A stretch of 64,000 nt of DNA from a phage, in the sequence record PZ171035.1, one strand, 5' to 3'. The position numbers and the translations under genes are program-made. Shown here piece after piece: positions 8,985 to 17,036 of the stretch. Numbering within the stretch: position 1 is the stretch's first letter; every line of letters starts with the position of its first letter. The notes below the pieces were generated by a model. The model ran no database searches, was not told the origin of the DNA, and was given only the letters and a program-made list of their open reading frames with translations.

Positions 8985-9173
8985 ATGTATAAAGAGATTG
9001 CATTTTTCTCATTCTTACTGGGTGGTTTAATAGGTGCAGGATTTGTAGCTATTTCCAATACCTACTTTGGTTCTACTCCAAACTCTGTAACACAAACTCT
9101 CAAGCATGAATGTGAATTAAATATCCCTCGTAATCAAAACTGTGTAATGCAGTTCGTACCGGAGAAGAAATGA
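8985..9173 (+). CDS. hypothetical small membrane protein
   Basis: 62 aa, hydrophobic N-terminus. Confidence 0.35.
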   Translation: MYKEIAFFSFLLGGLIGAGFVAISNTYFGSTPNSVTQTLKHECELNIPRNQNCVMQFVPEKK

Positions 9174-9379
9174 AAGTAATAAATCGTTCTGAGAACAATG
9201 AGGTAACTTTCGGTGATGTACAACCTGCTAATGGTTTTATTTATAACCAGACAGTGTGCTTAAAGATTCACTTACCTGATGGTAAACCTGCTGCTGTTGC
9301 TGTAGAGACGGGAAAATCATTCTGTCTATCTGCAAGTACATTCGTAACACCAATAAACCTGGAAGGATATTACCTTTGA
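9170..9379 (+). CDS. hypothetical protein
   Basis: 69-aa ORF, ATGA overlap. Confidence 0.35.
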   Translation: MKVINRSENNEVTFGDVQPANGFIYNQTVCLKIHLPDGKPAAVAVETGKSFCLSASTFVTPINLEGYYL

Positions 9380-9561
9380 AATTAACCCAGTCCCAAGCAA
9401 TCTTCCTTCGTATGGTTCAAGGTGGTTCTGCCACCAGCAACCGTAATAACAAAACCGCACAGTCTCTTAAGAAACTGGGCTTAGTTCAGTTCAATACTGG
9501 TCTTGGGTGGTCATTAACCCCTATCGGTGTACTTCAACTCAATGAAATGAAAGGTAACTAA
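9376..9561 (+). CDS. hypothetical protein
   Basis: 61-aa ORF, overlap coupling. Confidence 0.35.
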   Translation: MKLTQSQAIFLRMVQGGSATSNRNNKTAQSLKKLGLVQFNTGLGWSLTPIGVLQLNEMKGN

Positions 9562-9891
9562 ATGAAAACTTTACTTAAAGGTATTGCAGTAGCTGCACTG
9601 ATAGCTTTGGTTTCAAATGCACAGGCAATTGAACCTGAACCAATTCTGGAAGGTGCTCAGGCTTACCTGGATGACACCCGTGATGCGTTCGGGCAAGGAT
9701 TCTTCATGGGCAGTATGATCTCTTATATCGAGAGTATAAATAATTGCGTTCCCGAAGGTGTTAAGTATTCAGTCATTCTGCCTAAGATTGCCAAAGTAGT
9801 TATTTATGATTCTGCAATCCTCAAGATGAAGAATACATCTCAAATTGTTGTGTACTCAGTACACAAGGCATATCCCTGCACTAAATCTTAA
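9562..9891 (+). CDS. hypothetical secreted/periplasmic protein
   Basis: 109 aa with cleavable signal-peptide-like N-terminus MKTLLKGIAVAALIALVSNAQA. Confidence 0.45.
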   Translation: MKTLLKGIAVAALIALVSNAQAIEPEPILEGAQAYLDDTRDAFGQGFFMGSMISYIESINNCVPEGVKYSVILPKIAKVVIYDSAILKMKNTSQIVVYSVHKAYPCTKS

Positions 9892-9925
9892 TCAGCAATC
9901 CCATTAGCTTTAGGAGAGTAAGTAA

Positions 9926-10240
9926 ATGGCAAGCATCGACTCCTTGACTGTATGTAATTCACGTCAAGCTCGTAACTTTATTATCCGTGCCCTGAAAGCA
10001 GGTAACGTACCGTTCCTGACTTCATCACCTGGCATGGGTAAATCTGCAATCATTCGTTCTATTGCAGAAGAATTTGGTATGAAGTTAATTGACCACCGTC
10101 TATCTACTTCTGCCCCGGAAGACCTGTCTGGCTTACCTTTCCGTAATGGTGACCGTGCAGAGTTTATTCCATTCGCTGACTTATTCCCCATTGAGGGAGA
10201 CGAAGTACCAGAAGGCTATAATGGCTGGCTCTTATTCCTT
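9926..10240 (+). CDS. MoxR-like AAA+ ATPase, 5' exon (Walker A through start of Walker B)
   Basis: Walker A SSPGMGKS; ORF runs into a stop right after ...GWLLFL(N); the rest of the ATPase resumes about 880 bp downstream. Confidence 0.6.
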
Positions 10241-11121
10241 AACTAACGGGGCTTCATGAGAGCAATCTCATGTCGAAAGTTACCTAAACAGGGAACCTCT
10301 TCTAAACTGGTTGGCTCAAGTGTATACTTGAGTTTTAATCAATTGGAGACAATCCTGTGCTAAATAATGAAATTTGGAAAGATGTGCCCGGCTTACCGTA
10401 TGAAGTTTCCAACTTTGGCGTAGTACGCCGAAAGGAAGGAAAGTATAAATACAAAAACAGGACACATATAAAACCGTATCTTAATAACAAAGGATACTAC
10501 TGCGTGAACCTGTACATGAATAGTAAAGTGTACAAATACCAAGTTCACCGTCTGGTAGGATTAGCCTTTGTACCAAACCCTAATAACTATCCTGTTATTA
10601 ATCATATAGATGGAAACCCTCTTAATAACCACGAGAGTAACCTGGAATGGTGTACCCAGTCTCATAACATGAAACATGCTTGGGATACTGGACTGCAAAC
10701 AAACAGGCACGCTAATGCTAGTAATAAAAATCGTGGAGGCTCCTCCAAATATGTAGGCGTATCCTGGAGTGAGCAAAGACAAAGATGGTGTGCCCATATA
10801 AGGGTTAACAAGAAATCTATTGGTTTGGGACGTTACAAAACAGAGGAAGAAGCTGCTAAAGCTTACGACTCCTACGTAACTAATAACAATCTTACACAGA
10901 TTGGGTACAGTACCAATTTCATTTAAACGCCAAACGACTATCGAAAACACACAGAAATGTGGAAGTGAGTAGAGTAGGGTGCAAGCCAATGGCACTCGAA
11001 ACGGTAACAGCCCTAGCAATAGGGCTTTGATATAGTCTCCTCTGCATGGTGACATGCAGCAGTCAGTATTCACTGAGTGTACTGACGGCATTAGTAGTTG
11101 CGAACTAATGTGAAGATAATG
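10241..11121 (+). mobile_element. candidate self-splicing (group I-type) intron carrying an HNH-AP2 homing endonuclease; boundaries approximate
   Basis: Insertion separates two halves of one ATPase; 5' exon ends in T, insertion ends in G; joining 10239|11122 gives ...LLFL-DEFNSAKKEVV... restoring Walker B; no RBS before the downstream half. Confidence 0.5.
10357..10926 (+). CDS. HNH homing endonuclease with NUMOD4-like N-terminus and AP2 DNA-binding domain
   Basis: GTG start with GGAGA RBS; EIWKDVPGLPYEVSNFGVVR (NUMOD4-like), HRLVGLAFVPNP...NHIDGNPLNNHESNLEW...HN (HNH), KYVGVSWSEQRQRWCAHIRV...GRYKTEEEAAKAYD (AP2). Confidence 0.8.
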   Translation: MLNNEIWKDVPGLPYEVSNFGVVRRKEGKYKYKNRTHIKPYLNNKGYYCVNLYMNSKVYKYQVHRLVGLAFVPNPNNYPVINHIDGNPLNNHESNLEWCTQSHNMKHAWDTGLQTNRHANASNKNRGGSSKYVGVSWSEQRQRWCAHIRVNKKSIGLGRYKTEEEAAKAYDSYVTNNNLTQIGYSTNFI

Positions 11122-11860
11122 CGATGAGTTTAACTCAGCTAAGAAAGAAGTAGTAGCTGCTGCATACAAACTAATTCTCGACCGTATGACTGGTCAGAAA
11201 AAACTCCATCCTAATGTGATGATTGTCTGTGCTGGTAACAAAGCTACCGACCGTGCCATTGTTAACCCACTGGGTACTGCAATGCAGTCTCGTGTGATTC
11301 ACTTCGAGATGGAACTCAACTTCGACATCTTTGTTGAAGACGTAATGATTCCTCAGCAATGGGATGAACGTCTGGTTGCATTCTTACATGCTAACCCAGG
11401 TTATCTGCATGACTTCGACCCAGCCCATAAGAACAAAACATTCTGTTGTCCACGTACTTGGGACTTTGTTAACAAAGACCTCAAGAATCAGCCGGAAGGT
11501 GCTCTGCCTGATGAAGATTCTATCTACTATGCAGGTCACGTTACTGCCGGTAAAGCTACAGAATTTGTTCAGTTTACTCAGGTATATAATCGTATCATTA
11601 CGATTGAGAAGGTAGTCAAAGACCCACTGGGCTGTGCATTACCGGAAGATAACAACCTGTGCTGGGCTACCGTTAACCATCTGGCTAACAAAACTACTGA
11701 AGAGAATTTCGCTGAAGTTCTTCAGTACATTGAACGCTTTAAAACGTTCACCCATAAGATTCTGTACTTCCGCACAGTAGGCAAAGCATTACCAGAAATT
11801 CAGGCTACACCTGAATGGCGTAAGGCTGCTGCTAATGTCTCTCGTTACATTCACGGGTAA
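11122..11860 (+). CDS. MoxR-like AAA+ ATPase, 3' exon
   Basis: In-frame sequence DEFNSAKKEVVAAAYKLILDRM...NVMIVCAGN (Walker B DE, sensor region) precedes the first ATG at 11186; fits the continuation of the 9926-10240 ATPase. Confidence 0.5.
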
Positions 11861-13043
11861 TCACAAAATGAACCAATTTCCTCAGCACACACTTAGTGAT
11901 GAACAACTCATGCGTGAGTATGACCGTATTCAGGCCCAAGCCTTCCTGGGCAAGTCTGCTGCGTTCTTTGGTTCATTACTGTGTAGCCTTAAATTCTCAT
12001 GGAAACGTGAGGATTGTCCCACTGCATGTACCGATGGGATAGAACTCCATTTCAACCCAGATTTCTTTATCTGGATGTGTCCAGATGCAAGAGAAACAGT
12101 GTTAATGCACGAATTATGGCATGTGGCATATCTACATGACATCCGTCGTGGAAGCCGTGACCCAGAAGTCTGGAACCAGGCATGTGACCACTTCATTAAC
12201 CTTCAGTTAGAAGAGGATGGTTATAAGTTCACTGGTATTGATGAAGGCATTTGCAAAGACCCCCAATATAAAGGATGGGTCGAAGAAGACATCTACGATG
12301 ACCTGATGAAGAACCCTCAGAAAAGGCAGAAGCCGTCAGGGGGTGCTGGAGCAGGTCTTGCTGGCGACATGAAATCCCCCACTTCGGGGCAGTCCCAGGG
12401 TGCTGTTGTCAACAACGTAGTACGTGCAATGCAGAGCCAGAAGATGGCAGGTGGAACAATGCCCGGTAAAGGTGCTGGTCGTATGGAAGAGGTTATTACC
12501 CAATTCCTTAAACCAGTGGTTCCATGGCAGGAAGTCCTTATGAACTTCTTTACCGACATTGATGACACTCATTATACGTGGGCCAGACCTAACCGTCGTT
12601 ACACTGACATCTATCTACCTTCTTTAGAAGATGATGAAGGGCGTTTACGACACTTAGCCTACTTTGAGGATGTATCTGGTTCCATCAGTAGTGCTGACTC
12701 TCTGCGTTTTAACTCAGAGGTTGCCTACGTTAAGAGCCAGTTTAATCCTAAGAAGATGTCATTAATTACCTTCGACGATATTATCCAAGAAGAGATAGAC
12801 ATCACTGAAGAAGATACTTTTGAGGAGATTAAGATTACTGGTCGTGGTGGTACAAACCTGGAACCAGTGCGTGATTGGATTATTAAGAATAAGCCAACCG
12901 CTGCAATCATATTCTCCGATATGTATGTTCGTCCAATGGAAGAATTGCCATTTGATATTCCTATCATCTGGTGTGTTCTGAATAATCCCAATGCTACCGT
13001 ACCTTTTGGGGAGGTAGTTCATATCCCTAAAGGAATGAAATAA
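11835..13043 (+). CDS. putative metallopeptidase-like/VWA-type protein (partner of MoxR ATPase)
   Basis: 402 aa with HELWH (HExxH) motif; MoxR ATPases are typically paired with such proteins; start could instead be 11868. Confidence 0.4.
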   Translation: MSLVTFTGNHKMNQFPQHTLSDEQLMREYDRIQAQAFLGKSAAFFGSLLCSLKFSWKREDCPTACTDGIELHFNPDFFIWMCPDARETVLMHELWHVAYLHDIRRGSRDPEVWNQACDHFINLQLEEDGYKFTGIDEGICKDPQYKGWVEEDIYDDLMKNPQKRQKPSGGAGAGLAGDMKSPTSGQSQGAVVNNVVRAMQSQKMAGGTMPGKGAGRMEEVITQFLKPVVPWQEVLMNFFTDIDDTHYTWARPNRRYTDIYLPSLEDDEGRLRHLAYFEDVSGSISSADSLRFNSEVAYVKSQFNPKKMSLITFDDIIQEEIDITEEDTFEEIKITGRGGTNLEPVRDWIIKNKPTAAIIFSDMYVRPMEELPFDIPIIWCVLNNPNATVPFGEVVHIPKGMK

Positions 13044-13549
13044 TGGTTGTTAATGGTAATTCTCTATATCGCTCATCTCAGTTGCTGGATGTACCAGACC
13101 GTAAGGTATCCAAGCATGGTGTAAGCTATGGGTTGGGTGAAGCTGGTTATGATATTCGTATCAAACAGGATATTACCTTCTATCGCTTATTTGGGTTGAT
13201 TCCAATGGTGAAGGTCGTTGATGGAAATCAAGTATCACGCCATCTCGGTAAGTTCACATTGGCTTCGGCAATCGAGAAGTTCAACATGTCTCCTTCCTGT
13301 GTAGCAATCGTTCACGATAAATCTACATGGGCAAGACGTGCATTATCAGTGTTCAATACCGTAATAGAACCAGGATGGAAAGGGTATCTCACCCTTGAAC
13401 TGGTCTACCATGGTCGTAAGAAATTGCATATCCCGGCTGGTTCTGGGATAGCTCAAGTATTATTTCATCTGGTTCAAGAACCTGCTAATTACAATGGCAA
13501 GTATCAGAACCAGGAAAACCAACCAGTAGCTGCTAGACCTTCAAAATAA
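13043..13549 (+). CDS. dcd: dCTP deaminase-like (dUTPase-fold) protein
   Basis: 168 aa; dUTPase/dCTP-deaminase-fold pattern ...GYDIRI...EPGWKGYLTLEL...IPAGSGIAQVLF. Confidence 0.55.
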   Translation: MVVNGNSLYRSSQLLDVPDRKVSKHGVSYGLGEAGYDIRIKQDITFYRLFGLIPMVKVVDGNQVSRHLGKFTLASAIEKFNMSPSCVAIVHDKSTWARRALSVFNTVIEPGWKGYLTLELVYHGRKKLHIPAGSGIAQVLFHLVQEPANYNGKYQNQENQPVAARPSK

Positions 13550-13579
13550 AAGGCTATCCGGCTTAATTAAGGAAACAAC

Positions 13580-13789
13580 ATGTCAGTATTTCAAGTAACT
13601 CATGCAACCTCAGATGTACGCTTAACCATTAATGCTGTAAATGTAATTGCAGTAGAACAGATTCCACAGTCTGACCATGCACGCGTAATATTTGTAGATA
13701 AGAACTATATAGAAACCAAAGAAACCTATCGTTCTGTACGTAATTACCTGAAAAAAGCTCTTGCTCCTGCAAATAAAGATGCTGAGTAA
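13580..13789 (+). CDS. hypothetical protein
   Basis: 69-aa ORF with RBS aaggaaa. Confidence 0.4.
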   Translation: MSVFQVTHATSDVRLTINAVNVIAVEQIPQSDHARVIFVDKNYIETKETYRSVRNYLKKALAPANKDAE

Positions 13790-13862
13790 GTAGCTGCCTA
13801 AATAGCCCAACATAGTTGGGCTATTTGTGAAGAAACTAACTCAACCTCACATAGGAACCATC

Positions 13863-14105
13863 ATGGAATCTTTAGCAGCAATCCTTGTTATGTTGTTTGT
13901 ATTAGCGGTATACCTTATCCCTACTATCATTGCTTTTTCACGAGGCCATGCCTCTAAGTGGGGCATTGGTGTGCTCAATATCGTATTAGGCTGGTCACTA
14001 GTATTTTGGGTAGTAGCACTGATTTGGTCACTGTCCAACAAAGGTCAGAACCAGGTTACGAATGTAACTGTTGTTCAAACCAATGGTGGCAGTAAAGCAG
14101 AGTAA
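13863..14105 (+). CDS. small membrane protein, superinfection-immunity-like
   Basis: ATG at 13863 with AGGAA RBS; YLIPTIIAFSRGHASKWGIGVLNIVLGWSLVFWVVALIWSL resembles the Imm superinfection-exclusion family (recalled). Confidence 0.4.
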   Translation: MESLAAILVMLFVLAVYLIPTIIAFSRGHASKWGIGVLNIVLGWSLVFWVVALIWSLSNKGQNQVTNVTVVQTNGGSKAE

Positions 14106-14180
14106 CTAATCTAAGCATCATTACATAGTGGTGCTTGTGGAAGTTGCTTCCAGCTCATTGCTTATCCATCTCCTAACCCA

Positions 14181-14207
14181 AGCCCACCTAACCCGTGGGC
14201 TTTTTTA
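14181..14207 (+). terminator. intrinsic terminator
   Basis: AGCCCAC-CTAACCC-GTGGGCT hairpin followed by TTTTTTAAT. Confidence 0.6.
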
Positions 14208-14222
14208 ATTATAGGTACTCTT

Positions 14223-14603
14223 ATGACAAACAGACAAAATGGTAAGTCTATCCTACAAGGACTGGACTTCGGTAAGCTGGAACAAACTGCAATGCTTGCT
14301 TTGGGTAAAGCTATACATGACCAAGTGGATAATGAAATTGAAGCAGATCTTTATGCAACAATGCAGGCTCTTATTCAGAAAAAATGGACTACTACCAGAG
14401 CTTTTCCTTCATACATTCCTTCAGAACCCCATCTGAAATCTAAGGTAGACAGAATCATAGATAAGTTCTGGCTTAGCCCCCATTATGACGAAATGCATCT
14501 TTACTTGGCTCAAATACAAAAGAATCCTTATACCAAGGATGTGTTCAAAGGAAAGAGCACTACCCACCACTACCCCTGGTATAGAAGAGGTAGTAAATAC
14601 TAA
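14223..14603 (+). CDS. hypothetical protein
   Basis: 126-aa ORF downstream of terminator at about 14181-14207. Confidence 0.4.
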   Translation: MTNRQNGKSILQGLDFGKLEQTAMLALGKAIHDQVDNEIEADLYATMQALIQKKWTTTRAFPSYIPSEPHLKSKVDRIIDKFWLSPHYDEMHLYLAQIQKNPYTKDVFKGKSTTHHYPWYRRGSKY

Positions 14604-15046
14604 TGCGTATCCCATTCCTAAGAAAAAGAGAGCAAAGGCGTGTTCTTTATAAGAAGGACATAGAGGATGAGTATGAACTCAACCGTAAAGCCCGTTCCTA
14701 CACAGCAAAATTATTCATGGGGACTAGCAACCCTGATAGATTACTGGACTTTGTTTTCGAACAAGTCTTTATAATATACAGCTTAGCTATGTCTGCTGGT
14801 TCACAAGAAGTAAGTGATAAGGCAAGAGATGCTCTCTGTATGCTCCGTAAAGAGTATGAAGCCCTCATGTATGAAGACTTGTACTCCTTTAAAAAAGAAA
14901 CCGCTGTAGCGTGTTCTGTGGCTCTTACTGAAGGTATAGCAGTATTACAGGAACTACCCCGTAGTGAGTTTAAGCTGGTATATGTTCAGGCCAAGAAGAT
15001 TACAGAAAGCCGTAGTGGTATCACCAACTATCTAAGGTCATTCTAA
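14603..15046 (+). CDS. hypothetical protein
   Basis: 147-aa ORF, overlap coupling with neighbours. Confidence 0.4.
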   Translation: MRIPFLRKREQRRVLYKKDIEDEYELNRKARSYTAKLFMGTSNPDRLLDFVFEQVFIIYSLAMSAGSQEVSDKARDALCMLRKEYEALMYEDLYSFKKETAVACSVALTEGIAVLQELPRSEFKLVYVQAKKITESRSGITNYLRSF

Positions 15047-15990
15047 TGATTAAGGCAACTGTCATTGCAGATTCCGTGCATCATGCAACAGGTACTCGTA
15101 TTACTACCTTTGAATTGGTTTACCCCCGATTCATTCACAGTGAATTTATGACCCACCGTGTATTCAACCGTAATGCTTCAAGTAGCCGTGCTATTCCCAC
15201 TGCTAAGTTCATCGAACAGGTTCGTAATGAACCAGTGATGCCAAGTCACTGGGGCAAGAACCAGAAAGGTATGCAAGCAGAGGAAGAACTCACTCCTATG
15301 GAGATTGAGGATGCTAAGTTTATCTGGGATAACGCTGCTTCTGCTGCTGCTGTGTATGCTGAACAACTACGTCGTGGGCAAGTACATAAGCAGATTGTTA
15401 ACCGTATCTTGGAACCATTCACACATATTCGTGTAGTGGTAACTTCAACTAGCTGGGCTAACTTCTATGGACTGCGTGACCACAAAGATGCACAACCAGA
15501 GATTCGTGAACTGGCTCAAGCAATGCGTAAGGCACAGGAAGAAAGTACACCAAGAGCATTACCATATGGGCAATGGCATATGCCGTACATTACTCATATT
15601 GACCGTGTTGGGGCTTACAATTTCTGCAAACGCAATCGAATTACACGCGATGAACCAAGTGATGCAGAAGTGCATGGATTACTTCTCAAGATAAGTGCTG
15701 CACGCTGTGCTCGTGCTTCCTATAACAACTTTGAAGGACGTCCATCTACTATCGAAGAAGACCTTGGCTTATTCGCTAAGTTAGTGGAAAACCAACCTAT
15801 ACATGCTTCGCCAACGGAACATCAGGCTACACCTATGAACCTTGGTGAGAAGTATGTAAATAACATGAACCCAGTTACTTGGGAACAAGGTGTTACATCC
15901 ATGGATAAAGAAGGGAATCTGTACTCAGGCAACCTACTTCACTTTATCCAATTACGTAAATTAATCCCTGGTGAGACTATTACTGAATGA
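15046..15990 (+). CDS. thyX: FAD-dependent thymidylate synthase ThyX
   Basis: 314 aa with the ThyX signature RHR...S (FMTHRVFNRNASSSRA). Confidence 0.8.
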   Translation: MIKATVIADSVHHATGTRITTFELVYPRFIHSEFMTHRVFNRNASSSRAIPTAKFIEQVRNEPVMPSHWGKNQKGMQAEEELTPMEIEDAKFIWDNAASAAAVYAEQLRRGQVHKQIVNRILEPFTHIRVVVTSTSWANFYGLRDHKDAQPEIRELAQAMRKAQEESTPRALPYGQWHMPYITHIDRVGAYNFCKRNRITRDEPSDAEVHGLLLKISAARCARASYNNFEGRPSTIEEDLGLFAKLVENQPIHASPTEHQATPMNLGEKYVNNMNPVTWEQGVTSMDKEGNLYSGNLLHFIQLRKLIPGETITE

Positions 15991-16226
15991 AAAAACTAGC
16001 TCTATATGCAATGCTAACTAGTGGCTTACTCACATTAATCTTCGCATACAAAGTCGCCTTTGTATTAGAAACAGATATGCAGTTCATTCGAGCCAGTATT
16101 CTGTTCTTCGTAAGTGAGATTGGTTTGTGGTGTCTTTATTATATTGCTCGCGACTATGAAGCAATTCGAGAACACGATGAAGCAAAGGAACGTATGAGAC
16201 GCTTCATTGAAGAAAATAGTAAGTAA
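15987..16226 (+). CDS. hypothetical membrane protein
   Basis: 79 aa, two hydrophobic helices, followed by terminator. Confidence 0.4.
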   Translation: MKKLALYAMLTSGLLTLIFAYKVAFVLETDMQFIRASILFFVSEIGLWCLYYIARDYEAIREHDEAKERMRRFIEENSK

Positions 16227-16232
16227 ACCTAA

Positions 16233-16258
16233 GACCTCCTCCGGGAGGTCTTTTTTTG
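16233..16258 (+). terminator. intrinsic terminator (GACCTCC-type family)
   Basis: GACCTCC-TCCG-GGAGGTC hairpin followed by TTTTTTTGGTTT; near-identical to the element at 8930. Confidence 0.65.
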
Positions 16259-16286
16259 GTTTCAACTAACTCTTTTAGGAGGGTTT

Positions 16287-16499
16287 ATGCCTGCTAAATA
16301 CCGTATCAAAGACACCCCAGTAATGTGTGAGGGTGAGAAGGGTGACATTGTATATGCCTGTGTTCAGGATGATTTCAATGCTGCCCAAATGCTAACCCAA
16401 ATGACAAATACACTGCATGTATCAGTAACACTGGACCCTACCGGTGACTATCCATGCTTCCCTATTCCTGCCCATAACCTGGAGCAAATTCATGATTAA
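16287..16499 (+). CDS. hypothetical protein
   Basis: 70-aa ORF with aggagg RBS. Confidence 0.4.
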   Translation: MPAKYRIKDTPVMCEGEKGDIVYACVQDDFNAAQMLTQMTNTLHVSVTLDPTGDYPCFPIPAHNLEQIHD

Positions 16500-16806
16500 C
16501 CCTGAAGTAATACATAGTAAAACCGGTAAGGCTGTCCCACTTAGTGAGATTGCAGTTACAGGTGATATTGCTACTTGTCCAGCAAACATTGCCTCCCTGT
16601 GTATGTGCATTGCTGCACTAGCAGAAGAACGTAAGTTATGGTTGGAGCCAAGTAAAGAAATGGTACTGGCTGGTATGGCTGAACTGAATGCACTATTGAA
16701 AGAAATGTATGACGAAAATGGTCAATTAGTTGAACCAACTGATGAACAAATTTCAGACGCTGTAGTATTTGTACTACAAGCAATGGCGGAGAAACGAAAT
16801 GGCTAA
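16492..16806 (+). CDS. hypothetical protein
   Basis: ORF 16444-16806; ATG 16492 with GGAG RBS, overlapping upstream stop. Confidence 0.4.
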   Translation: MINPEVIHSKTGKAVPLSEIAVTGDIATCPANIASLCMCIAALAEERKLWLEPSKEMVLAGMAELNALLKEMYDENGQLVEPTDEQISDAVVFVLQAMAEKRNG

Positions 16807-16993
16807 TGCTACAGTAAAAAGCAAAAACCAATACTCCATCTCTATTGATGGCCTATCTAAAGAAGATTTACTAATTCTAGCTAGTTTTATGCAAAACAGT
16901 CCTTTTGGTTACAGTCCCCATGAGGAACCAGAAAAAGAACGAGAATTGCGTAAAGAAATCTTTGAAGCCTGTAAATCAGCATTAGATTCTTAA
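16799..16993 (+). CDS. hypothetical protein
   Basis: ORF 16769-16993 begins with a non-ATG codon; internal ATG (MANATVKS...) chosen. Confidence 0.3.
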   Translation: MANATVKSKNQYSISIDGLSKEDLLILASFMQNSPFGYSPHEEPEKERELRKEIFEACKSALDS

Positions 16994-17036
16994 TAGTCAT
17001 AACCAAGAAGCAACATTTAATCTGGAGAGTAAATAA

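Noticed and set aside
9926-11860. Intein interrupting the AAA+ ATPase
   Set aside because: The interruption contains an in-frame stop right after the 5' exon and the endonuclease is in its own frame with its own RBS and GTG start; this fits an intron or free-standing HEG insertion, not an in-frame intein.
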